A DNA stretch of 64,000 nucleotides from an uncultured Acidimicrobiia bacterium (lineage in GTDB: Bacteria; Actinomycetota; Acidimicrobiia; IMCC26256; JAENVU01). The translations under genes and the position numbers were made by a program. Of this stretch, positions 9,183 to 20,912 are shown in pieces. The notes below the pieces were generated by a model that was not told the DNA's origin, ran no database searches, and worked only from the letters and a program-made list of their open reading frames with translations. Where the stretch lies: assembly GCA_963820025.1 (NCBI GenBank), contig CAWFYL010000007.1, positions 652,421-716,420 of the forward strand, read 5' to 3'. Position 1 is the first letter of the stretch. Every line of letters begins with the position of its first letter.

Positions 9183-10954
9183 CGGATGCGCTGGAACCGC
9201 CGCCGGCCGCCGGGCTCTCCGAGTCGCGCCGCTCAACGGGCGGGGATCCTCGGAGGACGCTGACCGGCCCCGGCGGCCCGTTCGAGATCGTCGTCGAGGA
9301 CGTGCTCGGCGTCCCGCTGCAGGTCTACCGCCGCCGGCTCGGGTCCATGCGGGACCTGGTCGAGGGCGCGGACGCCCGTGGTGACGTGGACTGGGTCGTG
9401 CAGGGCGACCGCCGGCTCACCTACGCCGAGCACAACGCGGACGTCCGGCGCACCGCGGCCGCGCTCCTGGGTCTCGGGGTCGAGCCCGGCGACCGCGTCG
9501 CGCTGCTCTCGGCGAACAACGTCGAGTGGGTCGTCCTGTTCTGGGCCTGTGCGGTGATCGGCGCCGCGTGCGTCCCGCTGAACGCCTGGTGGAAGGGCGA
9601 GGAGCTCGAGTTCGCGCTGCGCGACTCGGGGGCCAAGGTCCTCGTGTGCGACGCGAAGCGGTGGGTCGTCGTCCGCGACGTCGTCGGATCGCTCGACGAG
9701 CTCGAGCACGTCCTGGTCTCGGACCTCGAAGCTCCCGGCGGCGCGGCGCGTCCTGGCCGCGAGCTGCTGGCGGCCGACGATCCGGGGGTGCTCCCCGACG
9801 TCGCGGTCGACGAGGACGACCTGCTCGCGATCCTCTACACGTCGGGGACGACCGGCCGGCCCAAGGGCGCGACGATCACCCACCGCCAGGCGCTCGCGAA
9901 CCTCCAGAACCTCGCGTGCCTGGGCGCGATCGCCGCGGCCCAGGGCTCGGCCCCGCCGCGCTCGGACGTGCAGACCGCGTACCTCCTGGTGGTCCCGCTG
10001 TTCCACGTGACCGGCGCGCTGTCGACGATGGTCCCGGGCTACGCGTCGGGCGCGAAGCTGGTGCTGATGCCGCCGGGCAAGTTCGACCCGGACGAGGCCA
10101 TGGCGGTGATCGAGCGCGAGAAGGTCACGAACATCGGTGGCGTGCCCACCGTGATGTGGCGGATCGTCGAGTCCGAGTCGTTCGGGCGCTACGACCTCTC
10201 GTCGGTCAACCGCATCGGCTACGGCGGCGCGCCCGCGGCCCCCGAGCTCGTGCAACGGCTCCGGGTCGCGTTCCCCCAGGTGAAGGAGACGCTGTCGACC
10301 GCGTACGGGCTCACCGAGACCGCGTCGGTCGCGACCTCGAACGCGGGCGCCGGGTACCTCGAGCACCCGAGCTCCGTCGGTCGCGCCGCGCCGACGGTCG
10401 AGATCCGGATCGTGGACCCGGACGGCACCGAGGTCCCACTCGGGGAGAGTGGCGAGATCGTGCTGCGCGGCCCGACGATCATGAGCCGCGGCTACTGGAA
10501 CCGGCCGGACGCGACGGCGGCCGCCACCTTGTCGGGTGGTTGGCTCCGCAGTGGCGACATCGGCTACCTCGATGCCGACGGCTACCTCTTCCTGGTCGAC
10601 CGCGCGAAGGACATGATCATCCGCGCCGGCGAGAACGTGTACTGCGTGGAGATCGAGCACGTGCTCGTCGAGCACCCGGACGTGCTCGACGCCGCGGTCG
10701 TCGGCGTGCCGCACCTCCAGCTCGGTGAGGAGGTCAAGGCCGTCGTGCAGCTGCGCACCGGCTCGTCGGCGACCGAGGCCGACCTGCGGGCGTACTGCGC
10801 CGAGCGGCTCGCCGGGTTCAAGGTGCCCGAGTACGTCGACCTGCGTGCCGAACCGCTCCCGCGCAACCCGGCGGGCAAGATCCTGAAGAGCGTTCTGCGT
10901 GGCGATGGCGCGGCCGCGTTCACCCCGTCGGCCGCGGACGACTCGGCCCTGTGA
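9179..10954 (+). CDS. AMP-dependent acyl-CoA synthetase/ligase (FadD-like)
   Basis: In-frame GTG at 9179 overlaps the preceding stop (GTGA). AMP-binding motifs LYTSGTTGRPKG, TAYGLTET and GDIGYLDADGYLFLVDRAKDMI are present. Confidence 0.85.
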   Translation: MTDALEPPPAAGLSESRRSTGGDPRRTLTGPGGPFEIVVEDVLGVPLQVYRRRLGSMRDLVEGADARGDVDWVVQGDRRLTYAEHNADVRRTAAALLGLGVEPGDRVALLSANNVEWVVLFWACAVIGAACVPLNAWWKGEELEFALRDSGAKVLVCDAKRWVVVRDVVGSLDELEHVLVSDLEAPGGAARPGRELLAADDPGVLPDVAVDEDDLLAILYTSGTTGRPKGATITHRQALANLQNLACLGAIAAAQGSAPPRSDVQTAYLLVVPLFHVTGALSTMVPGYASGAKLVLMPPGKFDPDEAMAVIEREKVTNIGGVPTVMWRIVESESFGRYDLSSVNRIGYGGAPAAPELVQRLRVAFPQVKETLSTAYGLTETASVATSNAGAGYLEHPSSVGRAAPTVEIRIVDPDGTEVPLGESGEIVLRGPTIMSRGYWNRPDATAAATLSGGWLRSGDIGYLDADGYLFLVDRAKDMIIRAGENVYCVEIEHVLVEHPDVLDAAVVGVPHLQLGEEVKAVVQLRTGSSATEADLRAYCAERLAGFKVPEYVDLRAEPLPRNPAGKILKSVLRGDGAAAFTPSAADDSAL

Positions 10955-11352
10955 GCCACGCGAGCCGCGCGCTGATGCAGACCGTCTTCGACATCCACAA
11001 GGTCTGGGGCTACGTCGCCATCGTGCTGAACGCGATCGCCGGCCTGTACATGCTCGCGGCATGGCGCTGGAAGTCGTGGCGCGGGCGCCCGGTCTGGATC
11101 GCGACGATCGTCGCCGAGGCCGCGATCCTGCTCCAGGTGCTGCTCGGCACGATCCTCGTGGCCGGTGACGAGACCTACCGCAAGGTGGTGCCCCGCTTCC
11201 ACATGTTCTACGGGTTCCTGATCTTCATCACGATCGGTCTGCTCTACCAGTACCGGCACCAGATGAAGGGCCGCCAGGAGCTGCTCTACGGGCTCGGCGG
11301 GCTGTTCATCATGGGGCTCGGCATCCGCGCCGTGCTGCAGGTGGTGTCGTGA
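10951..11352 (+). CDS. Small membrane protein, unknown function
   Basis: 133 aa ORF with about four hydrophobic helices. GTGA overlaps occur at both ends (10951-10954 and 11349-11352). Confidence 0.65.
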   Translation: MSHASRALMQTVFDIHKVWGYVAIVLNAIAGLYMLAAWRWKSWRGRPVWIATIVAEAAILLQVLLGTILVAGDETYRKVVPRFHMFYGFLIFITIGLLYQYRHQMKGRQELLYGLGGLFIMGLGIRAVLQVVS

Positions 11353-12509
11353 GCCCCGACGCCGCGGGACGGACCCGCGTGATGCTCCTGTTCGGCGGCC
11401 GGTCGGCCGAGCACGACGTCTCGCGCGTGACCGCGGTCGCGGTCGCCCGGGCGTTGGACCCGGCCCGCTACGAGGTCGTCCCGGTCGCGATCACCCGCGA
11501 GGGTCGGTGGCTCCTGGCCGACGCGGCGCGCGAGCTGATCGCGCGCGACCCGTCCGCGTTGCCGGCTGCCCTCGACGTCGCCGGGTCCCAGCTCGAGCAG
11601 CTCGGCGGCGCGGTGGCGCGCCCGGGGAGCGGCGGGCTGGACGTCGACGTCGTGTTCCCGCTGCTCCACGGTCCCTACGGTGAGGACGGGACGGTCCAGG
11701 GCCTCCTCGAGCTGGCCGACCTGCCGTACGTCGGGTCCGGCGTCCTCGGCTCCGCGGTCGGGATGGACAAGGTGATGATGAAGCGGGCGTTCGCGGCGTG
11801 CGGGATGCCCCAGGGCGACTACCGCGCGCTGCGCGACGGCGAGGACCGCGACGCGTTCGCCGAGCAGGTCGTCGCCGAGCTCGGGCTCCCGTGCTTCGTC
11901 AAGCCCGCGAACATGGGCTCGTCGGTCGGGGTGAGCAAGGCCCACGACCGGGCCGAGCTCGATGCCGCGATCGAGCGGGCGCTCGCGTTCGACGAGTGGG
12001 TCGTGGCGGAGGAGGCCGTCGAAGGCCGCGAGATCGAGGTGGCGGTGCTCGGCGACCTCGATCCCGAGGCGTCCCTGCCGGGCGAGGTGGTGCCGGGGGC
12101 GGAGTTCTACACGTACGAGGACAAGTACGAGGACGGCGCCGCGGACCTGCGCATCCCCGCTCCGCTCGACGAGGCGCGCACCGCCGAGGTCCGCGCGCTG
12201 GCGCGGCGAGCGTTCGCCGCGTGCCGCTGCGAGGGCATGGCCCGGGTCGACTTCTTCTTCGAGGAGTCGGGCCGCGGCTTCCTCGTGAACGAGCTGAACA
12301 CGATCCCCGGGTTCACGCCGATCTCGATGTACCCGAAGCTGTGGGAGGTCTCCGGGCTCCCGTACCCCGACCTGCTCGACCGCCTTGTGACCCTCGCGAT
12401 CGAGCGCCACGCCCGCCGGGCCGCCCGCGCCGGCCGCCCCGCGACTGACCCCACTCCGACCCCGACTCCGAACTTGCGTCGAATGAGCCGCGTGGAGCGG
12501 CTCAAGTGA
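11349..12509 (+). CDS. ddl: D-alanine--D-alanine ligase
   Basis: 386 aa. Sequence reads [19 protein letters not shown]...[39 protein letters not shown]...ELNTIPGFT. Confidence 0.92.
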   Translation: MSPDAAGRTRVMLLFGGRSAEHDVSRVTAVAVARALDPARYEVVPVAITREGRWLLADAARELIARDPSALPAALDVAGSQLEQLGGAVARPGSGGLDVDVVFPLLHGPYGEDGTVQGLLELADLPYVGSGVLGSAVGMDKVMMKRAFAACGMPQGDYRALRDGEDRDAFAEQVVAELGLPCFVKPANMGSSVGVSKAHDRAELDAAIERALAFDEWVVAEEAVEGREIEVAVLGDLDPEASLPGEVVPGAEFYTYEDKYEDGAADLRIPAPLDEARTAEVRALARRAFAACRCEGMARVDFFFEESGRGFLVNELNTIPGFTPISMYPKLWEVSGLPYPDLLDRLVTLAIERHARRAARAGRPATDPTPTPTPNLRRMSRVERLK

Positions 12510-12520
12510 CGCAAGTTCGG
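12468..12520. terminator. 53-nt nested inverted repeat (13-bp outer stem plus 7-bp inner stem) between convergent ddl and asnC-like genes; candidate bidirectional terminator or protein-binding palindrome
   Basis: ccgaacttgcgtc (12468-12480) pairs perfectly with gacgcaagttcgg (12508-12520). The inner stem is gagccgc (12485-12491) with gcggctc (12497-12503) around the loop gtgga. No U-tract follows on either strand. Confidence 0.4.
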
Positions 12521-12526
12521 TCCGGG

Positions 12527-12763
12527 TCAGAGGCGGACGACGGGGCAGGTCACGGTGCGGGTGATCCCCTCGACCGCCTGCACCCTCGAGACGACCATCT
12601 TGCCGAGGTCGTCGAGGCTGCGGGCCTCGGTCACCACGATCACGTCGTAGGGCCCGGTGACGTCGTCGGCGGAGACGACGCCCGCGATCTCGCGGATCGC
12701 GTCGACGACGTGCGCGGCCTTGCCGACCTCGGTCTGGATGAGCAGGTACGCGGTGACGGCCAT
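12527..12763 (-). CDS. Lrp/AsnC ligand-binding-domain protein (stand-alone RAM domain)
   Basis: 78 aa. [47 protein letters not shown]...; a gggag RBS lies upstream. Confidence 0.8.
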   Translation of the reverse strand: MAVTAYLLIQTEVGKAAHVVDAIREIAGVVSADDVTGPYDVIVVTEARSLDDLGKMVVSRVQAVEGITRTVTCPVVRL

Positions 12764-12817
12764 GGGGGCTCCCGACGTCGTGCGGACGGACCGCGCCGAG
12801 GTTAGGAGGAAGCGCCG

Positions 12818-14642
<1,825 letters not shown>

Positions 14643-14706
14643 GTCACGGCTCCTTTGGCGCGGTTGCGAAAGTGTAGTGACGGGCTTCCCGGATGCCGAA
14701 ACCGAG

Positions 14707-14901
14707 TCAGACGGGGCCGAACGCGGGCACGATCCGGTGGTGATGGGCGCGACCGACCGAACTCAGGCCGGCGCGAAGGTCGGAAGTCAGGCCGCTGATC
14801 GAGGCGCCGGGAATCTGCTGGTCGACGCCGCCGCGGAGCTCGGCGAGCGTGTCGGGGTCGCTCGGGTCGCCGTGCATCCAGTGGTACGGCACCACGTTCA
14901 C
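14707..14901 (-). CDS. Hypothetical small protein (64 aa) or gene remnant
   Basis: This is the tail of track ORF 14707..15090 taken from an in-frame [35 protein letters not shown]... has GC-rich third positions typical of coding sequence here. I recognise no family. Confidence 0.35.
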   Translation of the reverse strand: MNVVPYHWMHGDPSDPDTLAELRGGVDQQIPGASISGLTSDLRAGLSSVGRAHHHRIVPAFGPV

Positions 14902-14914
14902 GTTGTCTTGAGAC

Positions 14915-15145
14915 CTAGACCTGGACGTCGGGGGGGAGGCCCATGTCGACCTCGGACCCGATCCGGACGTTGATCGCGCGGTTGTCGCCGTCGAGCTCGA
15001 ACACGATGCGCTGGCCCTGCCGGAGCATCCGGAACAGCGATCCCTCGAGCGCGTTCGCGGCGAGCGTGATCTCGGCCCGATCGGTGTCACGGACCACGAC
15101 GCCCTCGCGACTGTCGGGGTCGAACGTGCGGATCACACCCTGCAT
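14915..15145 (-). CDS. Small cold-shock-domain-like (OB-fold) protein, unknown function
   Basis: 76 aa. MQGVIRTFDPDSREGVVVRDTD... resembles the CSD N-terminus (G.V.WF....G.GFI) only loosely. Confidence 0.6.
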   Translation of the reverse strand: MQGVIRTFDPDSREGVVVRDTDRAEITLAANALEGSLFRMLRQGQRIVFELDGDNRAINVRIGSEVDMGLPPDVQV

Positions 15146-15164
15146 GGCGCTGCGGGTCCCGCGG

Positions 15165-15353
15165 TCAGGGCTTCTGCACCTTGCCGGCCTTGAGGCAGGC
15201 GGTGCACACGTGGAGCCGCTTCGGGGAGCCGTTCACGATGGCGCGCACCTTCTGCACGTTGGGGTTCCAGCGGCGCTTGGTGCGGCGGTGCGAGTGGCTC
15301 AGGCGCATGCCGAAGACCGGGCCCTTGCCGCAGACTTCGCAGACGGATGCCAT
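15165..15353 (-). CDS. rpmB: 50S ribosomal protein L28
   Basis: These are the last 62 codons of track ORF 15165..17132: [62 protein letters not shown]. The start is plus-strand cat at 15351-15353. Confidence 0.95.
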   Translation of the reverse strand: MASVCEVCGKGPVFGMRLSHSHRRTKRRWNPNVQKVRAIVNGSPKRLHVCTACLKAGKVQKP

Positions 15354-15446
15354 GACGAGACCTCGCTGGGGAACGGGGGGCGGAACCGGAAGAGGATAGC
15401 AGCGCGGACGTCGGACGCTCGGGCTCGACCGGTACGATGCGCGCCG

Positions 15447-17093
15447 ATGGCGACTCTCGAGCGGCTGGCGGCTCTCGATCTGCGGCAGGCGATCACGCGC
15501 TTCCGGGATGCGCTCCGGTCCCATCAGGACGAGTTGAACCGGCTGAACGTCTACCCCGTGCCCGACGGCGACACCGGCACCAACATGACGCTGACCCTGG
15601 AGTCGGTGGTCCACGAGCTCGGAACCGCCGAGGACATGGCCGAGGTGTGCCAGGCCGTCGCCCACGGCTCGCTCATGGGGGCGCGGGGCAACTCCGGGGT
15701 GATCCTGTCGCAGGTCCTCCGGGGTCTGGCGGACACGTTCCGCAGCGTCGAGTCGGCTGGGCCCCAGGATCTCGTGGTGGGCCTCCGCCAGGCCTCGGAC
15801 GCGGCGTACGAGGCCGTCATGCGCCCGGTCGAGGGAACGATCCTCACCGTCGTGCGGGCCGCGGCCGAGGCGGCCGAGGCCGCCCGCGACGCGGGGGAGC
15901 AGGCGCTCGAGGGCGTGCTCGAGTCCGCGCTGCTCGCGGCGCGAGACGCGGTCCTCCGCACCCCCGAGCTGCTGCCGGTGCTGAAGGAGGCGGGCGTCGT
16001 CGACGCCGGTGGCCGCGGCTTCACCCTCCTGCTCGACGCCTTCCTCGAGGTGGTCGCGGGAAGGCCGATGCCGGAGCCGGAGATCGTGGCGACGCCGGTG
16101 GCGGTCGAGGCGCACCTCGCCGGAACCGACCTCGCCTCGCTGCGGTACGAGGTCATGTACCTGCTCGAGGCCGAGGACTCGACGATCGACGCGTTCAAGC
16201 AGACCTGGGCCGCGCTCGGCGACTCGATCGTCGTGGTGGGCGGCGACGGCCTGTGGAACTGCCACGTCCACACCGACGACATCGGCGGGGCGATCGAGGC
16301 CGGCATCGAAGCGGGCCGGCCGCGCCAGGTGCTGGTCACCGACCTCCTCGAGCAGGTGGAGGAGGAACAGTGGGTCCGCGAGCAGGACCCGAGCCTCGCC
16401 AGGGTCGGCGCGGGTGCTGCCGACCCCGGCCCGACGGTCGCGACCGCGGTGGTCTCGGTCGGCGTGGGTGAGGGGGTCCGGCGCCTGCTCGGCAGCCTCG
16501 GCGTCCACGAGATCGTGGCCGGCGGGCAGTCCATGAACCCGTCGACCGCGCAGATCCTCGAGGCCGTCGAGCGCTGCCCCTCCGACGCGGTGGTGATCCT
16601 GCCGAACAACAAGAACATCATCCCGGTCGCCCGCCAGGTGGACGGGCTCACCGAGCGTCGCGTCGCGGTCGTCCCGACGACCTCGGTCGTCGAGGCGCTC
16701 GCCGCGCTCGTGGCGTACGACCCGCAGGCCGAGCTGGACGACAACGTGGAGGCCATGGACGACGCCGCGTCCCGGGTCGCGGCCGGCGAGGTGACCCAGG
16801 CCGTGCGCGACAGCGTCGCCGAGTGCGGGCCGATCGCCGCGGGTGACTGGCTCGCCATCGCGGGCGACGGCATCTGCGCGACCGCGGCCAACCCGGTGGA
16901 CGCCGCGCTCGCGCTCGTGACCGGGATGGTCACCGACGACAGCGAGATCGTGACGGTGCTCGTCGGCGCCGAGGCGCGCGCCACTGACACGGAGCGCGTC
17001 CGCCAGCAGGTCGCGCTCGCGCACTCCCAGGTGGAGGTCGAGGTGCACGAGGGTGGCCAGCCCCTGTATCCGTACCTGATCGGGGTGGAGTAG
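15447..17093 (+). CDS. DAK2 domain-containing protein (YloV-like)
   Basis: ATG at 15447 within track ORF 14943..17093. Sequence reads [47 protein letters not shown]. It holds the canonical position between rpmB and recG. Confidence 0.9.
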   Translation: MATLERLAALDLRQAITRFRDALRSHQDELNRLNVYPVPDGDTGTNMTLTLESVVHELGTAEDMAEVCQAVAHGSLMGARGNSGVILSQVLRGLADTFRSVESAGPQDLVVGLRQASDAAYEAVMRPVEGTILTVVRAAAEAAEAARDAGEQALEGVLESALLAARDAVLRTPELLPVLKEAGVVDAGGRGFTLLLDAFLEVVAGRPMPEPEIVATPVAVEAHLAGTDLASLRYEVMYLLEAEDSTIDAFKQTWAALGDSIVVVGGDGLWNCHVHTDDIGGAIEAGIEAGRPRQVLVTDLLEQVEEEQWVREQDPSLARVGAGAADPGPTVATAVVSVGVGEGVRRLLGSLGVHEIVAGGQSMNPSTAQILEAVERCPSDAVVILPNNKNIIPVARQVDGLTERRVAVVPTTSVVEALAALVAYDPQAELDDNVEAMDDAASRVAAGEVTQAVRDSVAECGPIAAGDWLAIAGDGICATAANPVDAALALVTGMVTDDSEIVTVLVGAEARATDTERVRQQVALAHSQVEVEVHEGGQPLYPYLIGVE

Positions 17094-17176
17094 CCACGCC
17101 GGCCCGGACGCTGCGCCAGCTCGCCACGACATCGCTCGGCGACGTCGACGGGATCGCCCCGAAGCTGCTCGAGCGG

Positions 17177-19228
17177 ATGGCGCTCATGACGCCGCCGATC
17201 GAGTCGGTGCTCGACCTCCTCCAGCACTATCCCCGCCGCTACCACGACCGGACGCGCAAGGCGGAGATCGCCGAGCTCGTGCCCGGCGAGGAGGCGACGA
17301 TCGTGGCCGAGGTCAGGCGCGTGTCCTCGCGCCAGACCCGGCAGCGCAAGAAGATGGTCGAGGTCGTCGTCGAGGACGACACCGGTCTGCTCAACCTCGT
17401 GTTCTTCAACCAGCCGTGGCGCGAGCGCCAGCTCGCCGTGGGCACCGAGGTCGCGCTCTACGGGAAGCTCGACGTCTACCGCGGCAAGCGCCAGCTCGCG
17501 AACCCGATCGTGGACGTCCTCGGTCGCGCCGGTGACGTGAAGACCGGCGTCGTGATGCCGATCTACCCGCAGTCGGGGAAGGCCGACGTGTCGACGTGGG
17601 AGCTCCAGCGCGCGGTCGCGGCCGCCCTGGACTTCGCGGGTCCGCTCGCCGACCCGCTCTCCCCGGAGCTGCGGGGCGAGCTGAAGGATCTGCCCGAGCG
17701 CACGTGGTCCTACCGCAAGGTCCACCAGCCCGAGAGCGGGAGGGACTGGCGCGAGGCCCAGCGCCGGTTGCGCTTCGACGAGTTCCTGCGCATCCAGATC
17801 CCGCTCGTCGTGCGCAAGCGCCGGATCGAGGCGGAGCGGAGCGGGATCGAGCACCGGGTCGACGGCGAGCTGCTGACCCGGTTCCTCGACTCGCTGCCGT
17901 ACGAGCTCACGTCGGACCAGCACGCGGCGCTCGACGTGATCCGGCGCGACCTGGCGAGCCCGGTCCCGATGCACCGCCTCCTCCAGGGCGAGGTGGGTTC
18001 GGGCAAGACCGTGGTCGCGGTCGCCGCGCTGCTGATCGCGGTGCAGGGCGGGTACCAGGGCGCGCTCATGGCTCCCACCGAAGTGCTCGCGGAGCAGCTC
18101 GCGTCGGTGGCTCGCGCCTTGCTGGACGGTCTGACGGTCCCGAGTGAGGGCACGCTGCTCGCCGAGCGGCCGGTCGGCATCTCGCTGCTCACCAACCGCA
18201 CGCCCGCCGCCGGGCGCCGCCGGATCGCCGCCGGTCTCGCGGACGGGAGCGTCGACATCGTCGTGGGCACGCACGCGCTGCTCTATGGCGACGCGCCGTT
18301 CACCCGGCTCGGGCTCGTCGTGATCGACGAGCAGCACCGCTTCGGCGTGGAGCAGCGCGCGGTGCTCAAGGGGCTCGGCAACGAACCCGACGTGCTGGTG
18401 ATGACCGCGACGCCGATCCCGCGCACCGCGGCGATGCTCGTCTACGGCGACCTCGACCAGTCCGAGCTGCGGGTGATGCCGAAGGGTCGGAGCCCGGTCG
18501 AGACCGCGGTGGTGGGACCGGACCCGGCGGCGCGCGGCGCGGCGTACGAGCGGCTCCGCGAGGAGGTCGGGGCCGGGCACCAGGCGTTCGTCGTCTGTCC
18601 GCTCGTCGAGGGCTCGGGCAAGGTCGAGGCGAAGGCCGCGACCGAGGAGGCCGAGCGCCTCGCGGCCGAGGAGCTCGCGGGGTTGCGCATCGGCCTGCTC
18701 CACGGGCAGATGCCGTCGCCCGAGAAGGAAGCGGTGATGACGTCGTTTCGCGCCGGCGAGATCGACGCGCTGGTCGCGACGACGGTCATCGAGGTCGGTG
18801 TCGACGTGCCGAACGCGACGGTCATGATCGTGGAGGACGCCGATCGCTTCGGCCTCTCCCAGCTCCACCAGCTCCGGGGCCGGGTCGGTCGGGGCGGGGG
18901 CCAGGCCTGGTGCTTCCTCTTCGCGGACCCGTCGACCCCCGACGGGGAAGCCCGGATGGAGGCGATGGAGGAGTCCACCGACGGCTTCGTGCTCGCCGAG
19001 CGGGACCTCGAGATCCGCGGCTCGGGCCAGGTGCTGGGCGAGCGCCAGGCCGGCGTCGGCGACCTGAAGCTGGGCCGGCTGCCCCGCGACATCCCGTACG
19101 TGGTGAAGGCCCGCGAGGTCGCGGTACGGATCCTGGACGAGGATCCGTCGCTCCGGCAGCACCGCGAGCTGGCCGAGGAGGTCGAGGATCTGCTCGGCGA
19201 CAGCGTGGAGTTCCTGTTCAAGAGCTGA
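17177..19228 (+). CDS. recG: ATP-dependent DNA helicase RecG (first canonical start; the true N-terminus is probably ~25 codons upstream)
   Basis: 683 aa with HYPRRY, wedge domain, [16 protein letters not shown] and the helicase C-terminal motifs. A conserved-looking in-frame peptide extends upstream of the ATG. Confidence 0.92.
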   Translation: MALMTPPIESVLDLLQHYPRRYHDRTRKAEIAELVPGEEATIVAEVRRVSSRQTRQRKKMVEVVVEDDTGLLNLVFFNQPWRERQLAVGTEVALYGKLDVYRGKRQLANPIVDVLGRAGDVKTGVVMPIYPQSGKADVSTWELQRAVAAALDFAGPLADPLSPELRGELKDLPERTWSYRKVHQPESGRDWREAQRRLRFDEFLRIQIPLVVRKRRIEAERSGIEHRVDGELLTRFLDSLPYELTSDQHAALDVIRRDLASPVPMHRLLQGEVGSGKTVVAVAALLIAVQGGYQGALMAPTEVLAEQLASVARALLDGLTVPSEGTLLAERPVGISLLTNRTPAAGRRRIAAGLADGSVDIVVGTHALLYGDAPFTRLGLVVIDEQHRFGVEQRAVLKGLGNEPDVLVMTATPIPRTAAMLVYGDLDQSELRVMPKGRSPVETAVVGPDPAARGAAYERLREEVGAGHQAFVVCPLVEGSGKVEAKAATEEAERLAAEELAGLRIGLLHGQMPSPEKEAVMTSFRAGEIDALVATTVIEVGVDVPNATVMIVEDADRFGLSQLHQLRGRVGRGGGQAWCFLFADPSTPDGEARMEAMEESTDGFVLAERDLEIRGSGQVLGERQAGVGDLKLGRLPRDIPYVVKAREVAVRILDEDPSLRQHRELAEEVEDLLGDSVEFLFKS

Positions 19229-19280
19229 CCGGGAACACCCGATCTCCTCGGGAACCGACGAGGGCGAAGGCAGGAGACCC

Positions 19281-20786
19281 GTGGAACCCAGCACCGCCCG
19301 AACGGGTGTGACCGCCCACCGAGGCGCGCGCCCGCGCGCTCGCCGGGCCGTGATCGCGGTCGTGGTCGCCGTGGTCTCGGTCGTCTCGGTCGCCTCGGTC
19401 GTCTCGCTCGGCAGTCCGGCCGCGGTCGCGGCCAGCCGTGCGGCCGGGTCGACGCCAGGGGCCTGGGACCGGCAGGTCGCCCCGATCGCGGCGCGCGTCT
19501 CCAAGCTGCGGGGCCTCTCCTTCGACCACCCGGTCCCGGTGCACTACCTGTCGGACAGCGCGTTCCGCAAGCGCGTCGGGATCAAGGCGTCGAAGCTCAC
19601 CAAGCCGGACCGCCGTCGGGTCGCGGACCTGCAGTCGACGCTGCGCGCGTTCGGGCTGATCGACGCGAGCACCGACCTCGTGAAGTCCCTGGACGCGGTC
19701 AGCGAAGCCGGGGTCCTGGCGTTCTACGACCCGCAGGCGAAGGACATCGTGATCCGCGGCAAGGGCCCGCTCGATGTCGACCGCAAGGCGACGCTCGCGC
19801 ACGAGCTCACCCACGTGCTGCAGGACCAGCACTTCGACCTGGAGAAGCTGCGCCACGCGGCATCGGAGTCGAAGACGTCGTCGTCCGGTGCGCTCACCGC
19901 GCTGATCGAAGGCGACGCGGAGCGGATCAAGTCCGCGTATCTCAAACGCCTGCCGCAGTCCGACCAGGACGCCTACGACGCGGCCCAGGCGCAGACCAGC
20001 GACTCCATCGACAGCGAGATCGCGTCCGCCCCCGAGCTGGTGAAGATCGAGTTCTCGGCCCCGTACCTCTTCGGGCCGACGCTCCTCGACGTGCTGACGG
20101 CCCACGGAGGCAACCACGCGGTCGACTCGGCGCTGCAGCGCGCCGCGCCCACGGACAAGGTCTACCTCGACCCGGCCCTCGCGCTCGGTGGCACGAAGTC
20201 GACGACGGTGCCGGCCCCGTCGATGCCGAAGCACGCACACCGGGTCGGCCAGCCCGACGAGATCGGTGCGTTCGACCTGTTCACGCTGCTCGCCAGCCGC
20301 ATCGACCGCCAGGCCGCGCTCACGGGCGCGGATGCCTGGACCGGCGACCGGGTCGTCACGTACCGGTCGCAGGGCCGCGTCTGTGCCCGGGCGACGATCG
20401 CGAGCACCGCGGCCGGCACGCCCGCCTTGACCGGCGCGCTGCGGGCGTGGGCCGCGTCGATGCCGGCCGCGACCGTCGCTCCGGGTCCGGGAGCTCGGCG
20501 CACGACGGTGACGTCCTGCGACACCGGGACGATCGCGGCGCCGAGCGCGCCGCGTGCGGAAGGCGCGGTGGCGCTCCTGGCCGGTCGCAACTCGATCCTG
20601 GCGTCGCTGGTTCACGCGGGTGCACCCACGTCGCTCGCCGAGTGCGTCGCCCAGCGCATCGTCAAGGAGCCGATCGTGGCCGACAACGTCGAACGACAGG
20701 ACGAACCGACCGCGGCCGAGCAGGCGCAGATCCAGACGGCCGTCACCACGCTCATCCAGCAGTGCAGGAATTCCAAGGGCGCCTGA
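19281..20786 (+). CDS. Membrane-anchored/secreted putative zinc metalloprotease (HExxH)
   Basis: 501 aa. It has an N-terminal TM segment (AVIAVVVAVVSVVSVASVVSLG) and the motif TLAHELTHVLQDQH. I recognise no named family. Confidence 0.7.
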   Translation: MEPSTARTGVTAHRGARPRARRAVIAVVVAVVSVVSVASVVSLGSPAAVAASRAAGSTPGAWDRQVAPIAARVSKLRGLSFDHPVPVHYLSDSAFRKRVGIKASKLTKPDRRRVADLQSTLRAFGLIDASTDLVKSLDAVSEAGVLAFYDPQAKDIVIRGKGPLDVDRKATLAHELTHVLQDQHFDLEKLRHAASESKTSSSGALTALIEGDAERIKSAYLKRLPQSDQDAYDAAQAQTSDSIDSEIASAPELVKIEFSAPYLFGPTLLDVLTAHGGNHAVDSALQRAAPTDKVYLDPALALGGTKSTTVPAPSMPKHAHRVGQPDEIGAFDLFTLLASRIDRQAALTGADAWTGDRVVTYRSQGRVCARATIASTAAGTPALTGALRAWAASMPAATVAPGPGARRTTVTSCDTGTIAAPSAPRAEGAVALLAGRNSILASLVHAGAPTSLAECVAQRIVKEPIVADNVERQDEPTAAEQAQIQTAVTTLIQQCRNSKGA

Positions 20787-20912
20787 CGAGCGGAGCGCGG
20801 ATCAGGCGCCGGGTCGCCGGACCAGCGCGAAGAGATGGCCGCGGTGGCCCATCGGGTCCGGGATCACCTCGTGCTCGACGACCTCCAGGCCCACGTCGGC
20901 GAGCGATTTCGG

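Noticed and set aside
19375-19412. The short tandem GTC-TCG-GTC repeats.
   Set aside because: They encode the Val/Ser-rich TM segment (VVAVVSVVSVASVVSLG) of the HExxH protein. This is codon-level low complexity, not a repeat element.
15551-19504. Very long ORFs in the track: 1317 aa at 15551..19504(-), 1097 aa at 29025..32318(-), 977 aa at 40939..43872(-), 805 aa at 46205..48622(+), 676 aa at 50248..52278(-), and others.
   Set aside because: They are Arg/Pro/Gly/Ala-rich shadow frames lying antisense to, or out of phase with, clearly identifiable genes (recG/DAK2, smc, comM/cyclase, rpsB-region genes, pyrH/frr). Open shadow frames are expected at this GC content. None shows family motifs except where a real gene has switched into that frame.
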